This document shows, piece by piece, positions 37,001-45,610 of a stretch of 64,000 nt of DNA. The notes beneath the pieces are model-generated. The model did no database searches and was not told the DNA's origin. It saw nothing but the letters and a program-made list of their open reading frames with translations. The stretch is from Candidatus Babeliales bacterium (GTDB taxonomy: Bacteria > Babelota > Babeliae > Babelales > JACPOV01): contig JAGVLQ010000025.1 in assembly GCA_020054235.1 (NCBI GenBank), positions 922-64,921 of the forward strand, read 5' to 3'. The number at the start of each line of letters is the position of its first letter. Within the stretch, counting starts at the first letter, position 1. The position numbers and the translations under genes are program-made.

Positions 37001-38629
37001 TAAGTATAGTAAAGGATCAGTCTTTGATATAAAATCAAAATATAATTGCATTGCCTTTAAATGCCCATTCAATGCTAAATGCTCACAAAGACTTTGAGCC
37101 TCTTTGCAAAAGCAATTAAGCTTTCCTTGAGTTGACAATACAGCATCTACTAATAAAAACTGAAATTCCGGATCTTTACATGCTCCAGCATACTCAAAAA
37201 GCCTTTTTAGCGTTTCTTCATCGTTTAATAAGATATCAGGATTCATGATCGGCAAATTAGGAATAAGTTTTTTCAGCTCTGCTTTATTACGTTTTAATTT
37301 ATCATAGCCACCCGTATGAATTTTAAGCAATAATGCGTAAGCATGCGATGACTTAAATTGATCTTGCAATACATGAAGTTTTTCGAGCACCTCATCGGTA
37401 TTCTCATTTTTTGACACTAGATGAGTAAATAGCTTCTCTAACGCATTACAAACTATTTTGAGATTATCTTTATTAGATTTAGATTTTTCATTTAATTGCT
37501 TAAATGCTTCATCGAGCAGTTGAGTAAATTCAGTCAATTGAAAAAATTCTGATTGCTGATTTTTTTTTAATTTCTGAAATAAAGATTCACTATTTGATTT
37601 TTGATCATCATTTAGAGAATTTACCACTAGAATTTCATCATAAAACCCTTTTTTTTCTTCCCTTTTTTGTTTTTTTCTTTGGTTTTTTTGTTCTCTTTTT
37701 TCTTTTAGTTCTTCTTCATAATTTTCATTTAAGGGCAATCTGCTGTTTTCAGTATTTATGAAATTACTTTGTCCTTTTATTGGAGACTGGGTAATTACCT
37801 TATTTTTAATTAATTCACGGGTATTTTTTCCCAAAGTCAGTACTTTTTCCCAATTTTTTATTTTTTTCTGTAGTTTTTTTGGTTTGCCTGATCTTAAGGT
37901 TATATTTTCTTTGGGGCTTCCTAATAGAGGAAAATCTTGAAGCTGAAAAAAACTTTCATCCTGATTTTTAGTTTCTCCTTCAAAACTTTTTTGCAATTGC
38001 TTTTGAGTCTCAGGTAATACTACTATTTCTTCTTTTTCTTTTTTCAAATTTTCTTCCAAGAGTTTAAGCTTTTGAAATGCCGTAAATGCTGGCATATGAC
38101 GGTATGTATACAACATCAATATGCTAGGATCATAAGGATTAATTCCACTAAAGCAGATCTGCTGTTGAGCAAAATTAAGTAATTTTTTTGCACATTCAAA
38201 ATCATGTTCTTCCATCGCTATTTCTGCCCGTTTTACCAAAGCTTCTGGATGATGACTTTTACCAAAATACTCCTTAGCCGCTTGCTTATCTCCTTTTTTT
38301 AAATAAAAAAGTCCTAAAGCATTTAAAGCTAATGAATGTGGGGGTAATTGAGTAGAAGCTTTCTGAGAAACAACTTTTTCTAATTTTTTTATGGCTCGTT
38401 TTTCTGTATCTGGTGATTTGATAAGCTGAATAGCTTTTAAATAACGTTGATTGTCCTTTTGCTCATTATGTAGCATATAAGAACGATCTAAATCTTGTAA
38501 GCTGCCAATAATGTTTAATTGGTGTGAATATTTTACAGGGTTTTTACGTGGTTCCATGCCAAAAACAAAGGGTGTTAAAAAAACGCATAAAACAAAAATA
38601 TGGCTATATTTTCTCGATACTACGTTCAT
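34094..38629 (-). CDS. giant secreted Sel1-like/TPR repeat protein (1511 aa)
   Basis: Signal-like N-terminus. Sel1 unit GHTAWLLGTWHLEGKYVAKDENKALDCFLIALKS. Lys/Glu-rich basic tract EKREQKNQRKKQKREEKKG. Confidence 0.8.
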   Translation of the reverse strand: MNVVSRKYSHIFVLCVFLTPFVFGMEPRKNPVKYSHQLNIIGSLQDLDRSYMLHNEQKDNQRYLKAIQLIKSPDTEKRAIKKLEKVVSQKASTQLPPHSLALNALGLFYLKKGDKQAAKEYFGKSHHPEALVKRAEIAMEEHDFECAKKLLNFAQQQICFSGINPYDPSILMLYTYRHMPAFTAFQKLKLLEENLKKEKEEIVVLPETQKQLQKSFEGETKNQDESFFQLQDFPLLGSPKENITLRSGKPKKLQKKIKNWEKVLTLGKNTRELIKNKVITQSPIKGQSNFINTENSRLPLNENYEEELKEKREQKNQRKKQKREEKKGFYDEILVVNSLNDDQKSNSESLFQKLKKNQQSEFFQLTEFTQLLDEAFKQLNEKSKSNKDNLKIVCNALEKLFTHLVSKNENTDEVLEKLHVLQDQFKSSHAYALLLKIHTGGYDKLKRNKAELKKLIPNLPIMNPDILLNDEETLKRLFEYAGACKDPEFQFLLVDAVLSTQGKLNCFCKEAQSLCEHLALNGHLKAMQLYFDFISKTDPLLYLEFFTNILEMLNQEKDQEQIILLSELIKNELQRMEKLAEKNCVVAEEYGLLHIDGIDQILGKNSAKGLEVLNKNIEKGHGHTAWLLGTWHLEGKYVAKDENKALDCFLIALKSKNLSEELIANAINKVKKICVNNYKLETLSEIEKLLFSHKRIKEGLDIFWAFFENLKNRPNSSLQRFLEDVGGYKYLEEKAEKIKDPFSQILLGFVKLDRAVKERIIDLREQSLELVEKGRCAIKYLDEELKKLLGDYYFIQAYFNFIKGNIERSEKFGLIARDYGNKEFIYILGMHFLDFVDKQELFEKGLRYIQDSSKGTLFLADFYLKKTESCEKSGLHAKEILADLLQKTFDKPEAEFFRQYLLAKMEQREFSADEFVRSIEPLLKEGQQNDRAWYAQGLSYYFTQNYKDAFACFTKASKPASFAEGMEGLMLYKGEGVEQNMEKGLKKLYSFVKGPYSFSDFESQYIINKIIDAFEILAKSGDLVARQFCIDWFFYSYENDRQDALFDMILNLFGDGLEQVLKLPDKESKEWMKCYSSVLNKLKKYEKKNEDIAVCLAPFYFRCAKEKKELLNEPFDEMVYYEKAFPYVKAAVLNKSIKDSPEFVLFEQIFFKLYSLYDNDTKKLRTFDQELEALSFDPTSFFAFTKAYIKAKCEKDIIKKGKILTEGLLTLAKQNNIYAIYELALIFGQQNYKEGLKYFENALSLAEQSNDKMVWGFFAKQKPLFFITKATSEEAHMLCVRYLVGVLNYNNNSVDFSREITKEFSNKIDEILEILVKSPNVCIQDQARSFSLLKKWQETPNKTDTFVKESIGELIKIGNKRNQCLDLITEKNLNLIISDVMSLISKKSISDRKEDIKRLHVIKEYFKASMIYNQIEAFLLLREWYDTKEKDIKYTQNSWNKLLEILQRVINNNQSIDGTVYMALDEIINATFKMKLKSEEAEKVRELLKPIEDLLAKKGMKLVLQEDPFTK

Positions 38630-38711
38630 ATTTTTTTTGATTCCTGAAAAAATTTTTTATATAAAAACTAATGCAAATGAAACTATAGTTTGATGAATAA
38701 TTATGTTAATT

Positions 38712-39392
38712 TCAAGTTTTTTTACTTATTGTTTGCAAAATTTCATCCGGAACTATTGACCAAACTTCTTGCAAAAAACCTTCTGCAAATATTTTTTTTG
38801 CAGCATCACATGATAATCCACGTGATTGCACATAAAATAATTGTTGGTCATGGACTCTTCCCATAGCACTTGCATGCTTGCACTGGACTTCATTTGTTTT
38901 TACTTCTAAATTTGGCATAGAAATTGCACAAGCAGCATCAAACAAAAAATTTTTATTCGATTGTGCTGCTTTACTAAACCGTGCTCCTTCATCAATAACA
39001 ATCGTTCCATAATAATCTGCTTGCGCTTTATCAAACAAAACACCATGCAATCTTAAACTACTACTTGTTAATGGTGCTTGATGATGCTGTACTGTTTTAA
39101 AAGTACTTTGCTGCGTTTGGTGTAATCTATAATAACCACAAATGGTTGCACTTGCCTGTATTTCCTGCAAATACACGTTTAAGGATAAGGAACTTTCACT
39201 GAAAAGTTTTGTCAAAAAATACAGTTGCGCACCTCGCGCTAAAAAAAAGGTAAAGTCTGCTCTGTTAACTTGATGTTCAGGAATATACCAGTATATTAAC
39301 AAAGCATTTTCTTCAATATACATTGTTTTGACATCATTTGATGGCAACCCTTCATCAAAAAGTACTTCTTGACTATTTTTTTTAATTCTCAC
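38712..39392 (-). CDS. sufD: Fe-S cluster assembly protein SufD (short form)
   Basis: C-terminal SufBD-type region ([35 protein letters not shown]). Overlaps the sufB stop by 4 nt. At 226 aa it is shorter than typical SufD. Confidence 0.8.
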   Translation of the reverse strand: MRIKKNSQEVLFDEGLPSNDVKTMYIEENALLIYWYIPEHQVNRADFTFFLARGAQLYFLTKLFSESSLSLNVYLQEIQASATICGYYRLHQTQQSTFKTVQHHQAPLTSSSLRLHGVLFDKAQADYYGTIVIDEGARFSKAAQSNKNFLFDAACAISMPNLEVKTNEVQCKHASAMGRVHDQQLFYVQSRGLSCDAAKKIFAEGFLQEVWSIVPDEILQTISKKT

Positions 39393-40768
39393 CCGATTGA
39401 TCCTTCCATTTCAAGTTCAATCAAACGATTAATTTCAACGGCATATTCCATCGGTAATAACTGAACAAAAGCATCAATAAACCCATTGACGATCATTGCC
39501 TGAGATTGCTGCTGACTCAGGCCTCGCGACATTATATAAAAAAGTTGTTCTTCACTCAATTTGGTAACAGAAGCTTCATGCCCCATAGAAACATCTGTTT
39601 CACGAACATCATTGGTTGGATAGGTATCTGAACGTGAATGTTCGTCAAGCAATAATGCTTCACAAGCAATCGTAGATTTGGCCTGCTTGGCACCTTTAAT
39701 AATTTTACACAAACCACGATAACTTGCTCTCCCACCATTTTTACAAATAGATTTTGAAATAACATTTGACGTGGTACCGGGAGCCAAATGAATGACCTTA
39801 CCACCTGCATCTTGATGTTGATTTTTACCGGCAACTGCAATAGATATAATTTCTCCCCGTGCACCTTCTTCTTTTAAAATTATGCTTGGATATTTCATGG
39901 TTACTTTGCTACCAAAGTTGCCATCAACCCATTCCATTTTTGCATTACGATACGCAACCGCACGCTTGGTAACTAAGTTGTAAATATTGGAAGACCAATT
40001 TTGTATAGTAGTATAACGCACATGTGCACCTTCCAGCACTGCAATTTCAACCACTGCGCTGTGCAAAGAGTTATTGCTATACACCGGTGCGCTACAGCCT
40101 TCCACGTAATGCACAAAACTTCCAGGCTCTGCAATAATCAAGGTACGCTCAAACTGCCCCATTTGTGCTTCATTGATTCTAAAGTACGCTTGCAAGGGCA
40201 TATCAACATACACACCAGCAGGCACATACACAAAGCTCCCGCCACTCCAGACCGCAGAATTAAGTGCTGCAAATTTATTGTCATGCGCTGGTACAATCGT
40301 AGCAAAATATTTTTGAATGATTTTAGGATGGGTTTTTAAAGCCTCCGAAATATCAGAAAAAATTACACCTTGCTCTTGCAAATCTTTGCGCAATTTTTTA
40401 TACACTAATTCTGATTCAAACTGTGCGCCAACACCTGCAAGCATGGCACGCTCTGCTTGTGGAATACCAAGATATTCAAATGTTTTTTTTATCTCTTCGG
40501 GCACCGCATCCCAAGAACTTTCCCTTTTTTCAGTAGGCTTAATGTAGTAATAAATATCATTAGGATCAAGAGCTGACAGATCAGCCCCCCATATTGGCAT
40601 CGGTTTTTGCTCAAAAATTTCTAGGGCTTTTAAACGAAAATCTATCATCCATCCTGGTTCATTTTTGTGCTCAGCAATTTCCAGCACTCGTTCTCGATTT
40701 AAGCCTTTTTGGCTTTTGTAAAAATAACAAACGTCTGTTTTTTTATTGAGTGCTTCTGATGCCATCAT
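39389..40768 (-). CDS. sufB: Fe-S cluster assembly protein SufB
   Basis: Full-length SufB-like sequence ([18 protein letters not shown]-like, [21 protein letters not shown]). Confidence 0.95.
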   Translation of the reverse strand: MMASEALNKKTDVCYFYKSQKGLNRERVLEIAEHKNEPGWMIDFRLKALEIFEQKPMPIWGADLSALDPNDIYYYIKPTEKRESSWDAVPEEIKKTFEYLGIPQAERAMLAGVGAQFESELVYKKLRKDLQEQGVIFSDISEALKTHPKIIQKYFATIVPAHDNKFAALNSAVWSGGSFVYVPAGVYVDMPLQAYFRINEAQMGQFERTLIIAEPGSFVHYVEGCSAPVYSNNSLHSAVVEIAVLEGAHVRYTTIQNWSSNIYNLVTKRAVAYRNAKMEWVDGNFGSKVTMKYPSIILKEEGARGEIISIAVAGKNQHQDAGGKVIHLAPGTTSNVISKSICKNGGRASYRGLCKIIKGAKQAKSTIACEALLLDEHSRSDTYPTNDVRETDVSMGHEASVTKLSEEQLFYIMSRGLSQQQSQAMIVNGFIDAFVQLLPMEYAVEINRLIELEMEGSIG

Positions 40769-41492
40769 AACCCTCTTGGTCTATTGCCTGCGCCAAAGAA
40801 GCATCGCCCGATTTTATCAAATAACCATCTTGCATTACATGCACAAAATCCGGCTCAATATAATTTAAAATCCTCTGATAATGCGTAATTAAAAGAATCG
40901 AAAGGTTTGGACTTTCTTTGCGTGCAATCGCAAGCCCATGCGCAACAACCTTGAGTGCATCAACATCTAAACCAGAATCAATCTCATCTAAAATAGCAAG
41001 CTTGGGCTTAAGCATGAGTAACTGCAACAGTTCAAAACGTTTTTTTTCTCCACCTGAAAAACCTTCATTAACATTTCGATACGCAAAAGATTCATCCATA
41101 GAAAGAAGTTGTAAATAATTACACAGTTGATCATATAATTCTTCAACAGGAATATCGTTACCTGTCAAAGCTCGTTGTACTTCTTTTAAAAAAGTAAAAA
41201 CTTGTACACCAGGTATTTCTTGAGGATATTGAAAAGCTAAAAACAAACCTTGCTTTGCACGTTTGTCAGGTGAAAAGTTGGTGATATCAATTTCGTTAAA
41301 AAAAATAGTACCACCTTTTACGCTATAACGCGGATGGCCCATCAAAGTATTTGCTAAACTACTTTTACCAGAACCATTTGGACCCATCAAGGCATGAATG
41401 GAACCAGCTTCAATTTCCAGATTAAAATTTTTGATAATTTCTCGATCTTCGATCGAGACGGCAAGATTTTTGATACTAAGTATTGGTTTCAT
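40743..41492 (-). CDS. sufC: Fe-S cluster assembly ATPase SufC
   Basis: The track start 41522 is GTG. The ATG at 41492 gives [14 protein letters not shown], typical of SufC N-termini. Walker [10 protein letters not shown], signature FSGGEKKR, Walker [13 protein letters not shown]. Confidence 0.93.
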   Translation of the reverse strand: MKPILSIKNLAVSIEDREIIKNFNLEIEAGSIHALMGPNGSGKSSLANTLMGHPRYSVKGGTIFFNEIDITNFSPDKRAKQGLFLAFQYPQEIPGVQVFTFLKEVQRALTGNDIPVEELYDQLCNYLQLLSMDESFAYRNVNEGFSGGEKKRFELLQLLMLKPKLAILDEIDSGLDVDALKVVAHGLAIARKESPNLSILLITHYQRILNYIEPDFVHVMQDGYLIKSGDASLAQAIDQEGYDGIRSTQ

Positions 41493-41531
41493 AATCAAGA
41501 AGAATACCACAATCACGACCACAAACCAAAT

Positions 41532-41559
41532 TTGACAATAAAAAACAAAAATTTATAAT
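41532..41559 (+). promoter_or_regulatory. consensus sigma70-type promoter (TTGACA-N16-TATAAT)
   Basis: TTGACA at 41532-41537, a 16-nt spacer, and TATAAT at 41554-41559, about 70 nt upstream of the ATG at 41630. TATAAT-like strings are common in AT-rich DNA, but perfect -35 and -10 hexamers with near-optimal 16-nt spacing are not. Confidence 0.55.
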
Positions 41560-41629
41560 GAAATCACTTTTTAATTAAATATATTTTCAAAAAAATTACA
41601 AAAAAATAACTTTTACACGGAGTCTCTTC

Positions 41630-42175
41630 ATGAACAAAAAAATGCTCTTTTTAATTTTTTCATTTCCTTCTTTTGCTCTCATACATCCTTGGGGCGAAAC
41701 ACAAAAGCCAAGTTTTGCAAGTCAAAAATCTGAATATAAATCAAAAAAATTAGAACGAGAATTTGCATTCACCTTGTTTCCTGCATCGAATGAAGCAGTT
41801 TCTATGGCAAATAAATGTTTTAATGAATGGGACAGTTGCGAACAATGCAAAATTTTTAGAAGATTGATCCAAATGGCAGCATTAAAATTACCGATTGAAA
41901 AAAATATATACACCCAATAAGATTTTAACAAAGCGCTAGAAAAAACACCAAATCATAAACGAGAATTAACCGCTATTGTTAAAGGTCAACTTAAAGATCT
42001 AGAAGAAGAAATTTCTGACAAAGAAGTTAAAGAACAATTGGCAACGCTTTTTGAAGCAATGCATGGTCGTAAATTAAATGATGAAGAAAAAGAAATAATG
42101 GTTAATGATTTTAATCAAAAACTGCTTTCAAAAAGTATTGCTGCACATTTTAAAACACCTAAAAAACAATCTTAA
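41630..42175 (+). pseudogene. secreted hypothetical protein gene interrupted by one in-frame TAA (41918-41920)
   Basis: ATG 41630 preceded by ACGGAG. The 96-codon ORF ends at a TAA, and the same frame then stays open for 84 more codons of plausible coding sequence (DFNKALEKTPNHKRELTAIVKGQLKDLEEE...) up to the TAA at 42173-42175. That second part has no start codon until well inside it. Confidence 0.5.
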
Positions 42176-42177
42176 TT

Positions 42178-43356
42178 CTACAAAATCACTCGCACTAATT
42201 CTTGTAATGAAATAATTCCCTGTTTGACTTTGTCTTTGGCATCTTCAAGCAGGGGTTTGTAACCTTCTTTTTCTGCTTGAGCAAAAATTGCTTCAAAAAC
42301 TGGTTGCTGAACAATCAAAGCCCGTAAAGCATGCGACATTTCCAACAGCTCGTAAATACCAATACGCCCTTTGTAACCTACCTTAAAACATGCATCACAA
42401 CCGCGCGCATCAGATATTGTTTCCAGATCTAGCTTAATTTTTTTTAAAATAACCTGTTCTTGGTCAGCAGGTTTTCTGAAAAACTTACATGCATTGCATA
42501 ATTTTCTTGCAAGACGCTGCGAAAGCACTCCAGTCAGTGCAGCATTTAATAAAAATGGTTCAATCCCCATGTCCATCAAACGCATAATTGTACTTGGAGC
42601 ATCGTTGGTATGCACCGTACTCAAGACCATATGGCCCGTTAATGCTGCTTCTATAGCACTGCGCGCCGTTTCTTTATCACGAACTTCACCAATCATAACG
42701 ATATCAGGATCTTGGCGTAACATAGAACGAATGCCTTTTGCAAAGGTAAAACCAGCATCTGGTTTAATTTGCCCCTGGGTTACGTTGATAAGATTGTATT
42801 CCACGGGATCTTCAAGCGTAATGATATTTTTTTCTGGGCTATTCAACAGCAAAAGCGCTGCATACAAGGTAGTAGTTTTTCCTGAACCAGTCGGTCCAGT
42901 AACTAATAAAAAACCATTTTGCTTCTGGATTAATGCAGAAAATTTCTCATACAGAGACTGCTGCATGCCCAGTGTTTTGAGCGCAATAACCATATGCGAA
43001 CGATCTAAAATACGAATTACTAATTTTTCGCCATAGACTGATGGAAAACTGGAAACACGCAAATCAATAGCATGGCTATTATGCACGACAGAAAACTTAC
43101 CATCCTGCGGAATTCTTTTTTCTGCAATATTTAAATGAGCAAGAATCTTTATTCGCGAAAGAATTTGGGCCGCTTGTGAAAGTGGAAAATTAGATTGATC
43201 ATAAAGTAATCCATCTATACGAAAACGTATTCTGAGCTTGTCCTGAGTTGACTCTAAGTGAATATCAGAAGCTGAACGATTAATTGCAGAAAAAACAACA
43301 TTATCAACTATCTTAACTACCGACAATTCATCAAAATTCTGGCCATGTATACTCAA
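42178..43356 (-). CDS. type II/IV secretion / type IV pilus assembly ATPase (GspE/PilB family), ATPase portion
   Basis: ASDIHLE..LRIRFRIDGLLY N2-domain pattern. Walker A GPTGSGKTTT. Asp box, Walker B and His box region (IMIGEVRD, VLSTVHTND). C-terminal tetracysteine-like CNACK..CDAC. TTG start overlapping the upstream stop as TTGA, preceded by AGGAA. Confidence 0.9.
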   Translation of the reverse strand: MSIHGQNFDELSVVKIVDNVVFSAINRSASDIHLESTQDKLRIRFRIDGLLYDQSNFPLSQAAQILSRIKILAHLNIAEKRIPQDGKFSVVHNSHAIDLRVSSFPSVYGEKLVIRILDRSHMVIALKTLGMQQSLYEKFSALIQKQNGFLLVTGPTGSGKTTTLYAALLLLNSPEKNIITLEDPVEYNLINVTQGQIKPDAGFTFAKGIRSMLRQDPDIVMIGEVRDKETARSAIEAALTGHMVLSTVHTNDAPSTIMRLMDMGIEPFLLNAALTGVLSQRLARKLCNACKFFRKPADQEQVILKKIKLDLETISDARGCDACFKVGYKGRIGIYELLEMSHALRALIVQQPVFEAIFAQAEKEGYKPLLEDAKDKVKQGIISLQELVRVIL

Positions 43357-43901
43357 TCTTGTTCCTCTTCCTCTAAAACAAGCCGACGTACTTCATTTGC
43401 TTCTTGTTCTTCTTTTTTTATGCCAACATCGATCATCTCAGGATATTCAGCAATCGAATATTCGCTAAACTCCCGCGCAGCATCAATAATATCGCGGGCA
43501 AGACCAACATTAAAACGAATATCATATGAAACGTAATTTCCAATAAGAGGAAGAAGTTGTTCATTAGCAGGATCACCCGCTACAACAACTAATACATTTT
43601 CCTCGCGCTCAAGAGGTATAAAAACATTTCTTACCATAACATCAACAGGAAACATATGAACATAGTGTTCATCAAAAAAATGACCTACAACATCAAAAGC
43701 TGGTTTTTCATAATAGGTACTAAGAGCATTCAATAAATCTTTTCGCTCAACAAAACCTTCTTCTTGCAAAAAATCAACAAAAGTAGCTTTAGAACGTTGT
43801 TTGAATAATTTTTTAAACTCTTCGGCGCGCTTGGCACTAATGGTACCTTGTTTTTGTAATATTGTAGAAAATTTCTCTACAAAGTCTTGGCTCTTTTTCA
43901 T
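43353..43901 (-). CDS. stand-alone GspE/PilB N-terminal (T2SSE_N/MshEN-like) domain protein
   Basis: FVDFLQEEGFVERKDLLNALSTYYEKPAFDV...VFIPLEREENVLVVVAGDPANEQLLPLI fits the N-terminal domain pattern of PilB/GspE ATPases. Ends in an acidic linker, EEEEQD. Confidence 0.7.
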   Translation of the reverse strand: MKKSQDFVEKFSTILQKQGTISAKRAEEFKKLFKQRSKATFVDFLQEEGFVERKDLLNALSTYYEKPAFDVVGHFFDEHYVHMFPVDVMVRNVFIPLEREENVLVVVAGDPANEQLLPLIGNYVSYDIRFNVGLARDIIDAAREFSEYSIAEYPEMIDVGIKKEEQEANEVRRLVLEEEEQD

Positions 43902-43911
43902 AGCAACCCTA

Positions 43912-44295
43912 CTAAGCTGTTTTAAACCCTATTAAAAAGCCAATTGTAGCCATAAAAACAGTACCAATATGGTTCATTGCCCATTGCCAATATTCTTGGA
44001 ATAATCCTTCTAGAGTCTCTTTTGGCGCAAAGCCTACAAATTCACTAATTTTTGTCCAATCTATGGTAATTATTTCTAAATAACTAAGACCTACCAAAAA
44101 TACTGACAAAAATAAAATTGTTACCAGCGTTTGTCGACCATAACGATTTATTAAAAACCCTGCCAAAATTCCCCCGCCTAGTGCTATGCCGTACTCGGTT
44201 AATTTAGGCCAAGAAAGATCCAATTGATGAGTAAATTCTTGAAATTTTAGTTTGATGGCTTCAATCCATCCATGAGTAACTTTTTGTGCTTCCAT
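43912..44295 (-). CDS. hypothetical membrane protein
   Basis: 127 aa with three hydrophobic helices. No recognisable family. Confidence 0.55.
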   Translation of the reverse strand: MEAQKVTHGWIEAIKLKFQEFTHQLDLSWPKLTEYGIALGGGILAGFLINRYGRQTLVTILFLSVFLVGLSYLEIITIDWTKISEFVGFAPKETLEGLFQEYWQWAMNHIGTVFMATIGFLIGFKTA

Positions 44296-44370
44296 TATAC
44301 AAACTCCCCTTAAATTCTTAAAATCGTCCCTTTTTATTTACCAGTATATAGAAAGGAGCTTCTTAAAAGC

Positions 44371-44405
44371 AATAAAAAAGGATGCCTTTTAAAAGCATCC
44401 TTTTT
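44371..44405 (-). terminator. rho-independent terminator after hup (potentially bidirectional)
   Basis: Stem aaaaaggatgc / gcatccttttt (44375-44385 / 44395-44405). On the minus strand it is followed by TTTTTTATT. Confidence 0.7.
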
Positions 44406-44426
44406 GGATAGTCAAAAGACTTAAAT

Positions 44427-44699
44427 TTATGCAACTAAATCTTTTAATGCTTTTCCTGGTTTGAATTTAGGAACTTTTTTCGCAGGAATTTGCATTTTTT
44501 TACCAGTAGCTGGGTTAACACCAGTACGCGCTTTTCTTTTTAAAACAGAGAATGTACCAAAATCAGTTAGAACAACTGGTTTGTTTTTTTTGAGAGAATC
44601 ACTGACAATGTCCATGAAAGATTCTAAACAGCGTTTGCACGTAGCTTTAGATTCTTTAGTAACTTTTGACATTAGCTCAACGACCATAGCCTTATTCAT
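44427..44699 (-). CDS. hup: DNA-binding protein HU/IHF family
   Basis: 90 aa. GFGTF-like DFGTFSVLKRKARTGVNPATGKKMQIPAKKVPKFKPGKALKD, the typical HU arm. Confidence 0.93.
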   Translation of the reverse strand: MNKAMVVELMSKVTKESKATCKRCLESFMDIVSDSLKKNKPVVLTDFGTFSVLKRKARTGVNPATGKKMQIPAKKVPKFKPGKALKDLVA

Positions 44700-44891
44700 T
44701 TTTTTCCTTTTCAGCTAAATGGGCCTTCGATCTTACCTTTCACCAAACATGTCAACGAAACATGTTCTAATTCGTAACTTATAATTCCTATCAGTTTTGT
44801 CAAGAAAATTTTTTATTGCAAAATCCTTTTATATAAAGTTTTTCGTTAACTTTTTCATTATTTTCAGGAAAAAATTTAATAAAATTTTTAG

Positions 44892-45401
44892 TTAAACAAT
44901 TTCACAAAAAGATTTATTTTCAGACTCTTTTTTTTCAAATTTTTGTTCAAAAGATTCCAAATCCATTTCTTCATCATTACCCAGAATAATAACAATGTTA
45001 TATTCTTCATTAATATTTAATGCTTTAATATCAGGAATTTCCTTGAGTGGGTTTAATGGAAATACACTGGAACCCCAAGTCCAACCTGTAGGATATTGAT
45101 ACCAACAACCAATTTTTATTTCAAGAAGATTCTCAAGGGTATTATTCATTTGATCACTATTTTTATAATAACCAAGTCCAGCAAAGACATTATTTTTTGT
45201 ACAAAATGCTAATGTTTGATTTTTAGGTAAATGTCCCTGCACTTGCTTCATAAAATATTCATGTTGTGGAGTAGATGGTTTTAAGTCACTTATGTAAGGC
45301 TTAATACGCTGCATCGAATTTTTAACATGTACTTGTGTGCCGACCATTGCAGAAACAGATAGGATATTGAACGCACAGAAAGTAAACAATAGTTTTTTCA
45401 T
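44892..45401 (-). CDS. hypothetical secreted protein
   Basis: Signal-like MKKLLFTFCAFNILSVSAMV. No recognisable family. Confidence 0.6.
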   Translation of the reverse strand: MKKLLFTFCAFNILSVSAMVGTQVHVKNSMQRIKPYISDLKPSTPQHEYFMKQVQGHLPKNQTLAFCTKNNVFAGLGYYKNSDQMNNTLENLLEIKIGCWYQYPTGWTWGSSVFPLNPLKEIPDIKALNINEEYNIVIILGNDEEMDLESFEQKFEKKESENKSFCEIV

Positions 45402-45610
45402 ATTTCCCTTTTAATTTTGGTGTTGAATTTTCTCTCAACATTATAATAAAAATATTTGATGCAAAAAATATTTTTATTATAAGCTTTTAGTAAAGATTTT
45501 TTTAAAGACAAAAAATTAAAGACTGGCGGTGCCATCCGTAGCTTGCCAAGCCTGTAAGCGTTAATCCGTCAGTTGTTCGTTCGGACTATGCCCGACTTGT
45601 AAGCGAAGGA

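Noticed and set aside
42494-43036. A 180-aa plus-strand ORF antisense to the PilB-type ATPase.
   Set aside because: It is fully contained in a gene with unmistakable Walker motifs on the other strand and has no ribosome-binding context.
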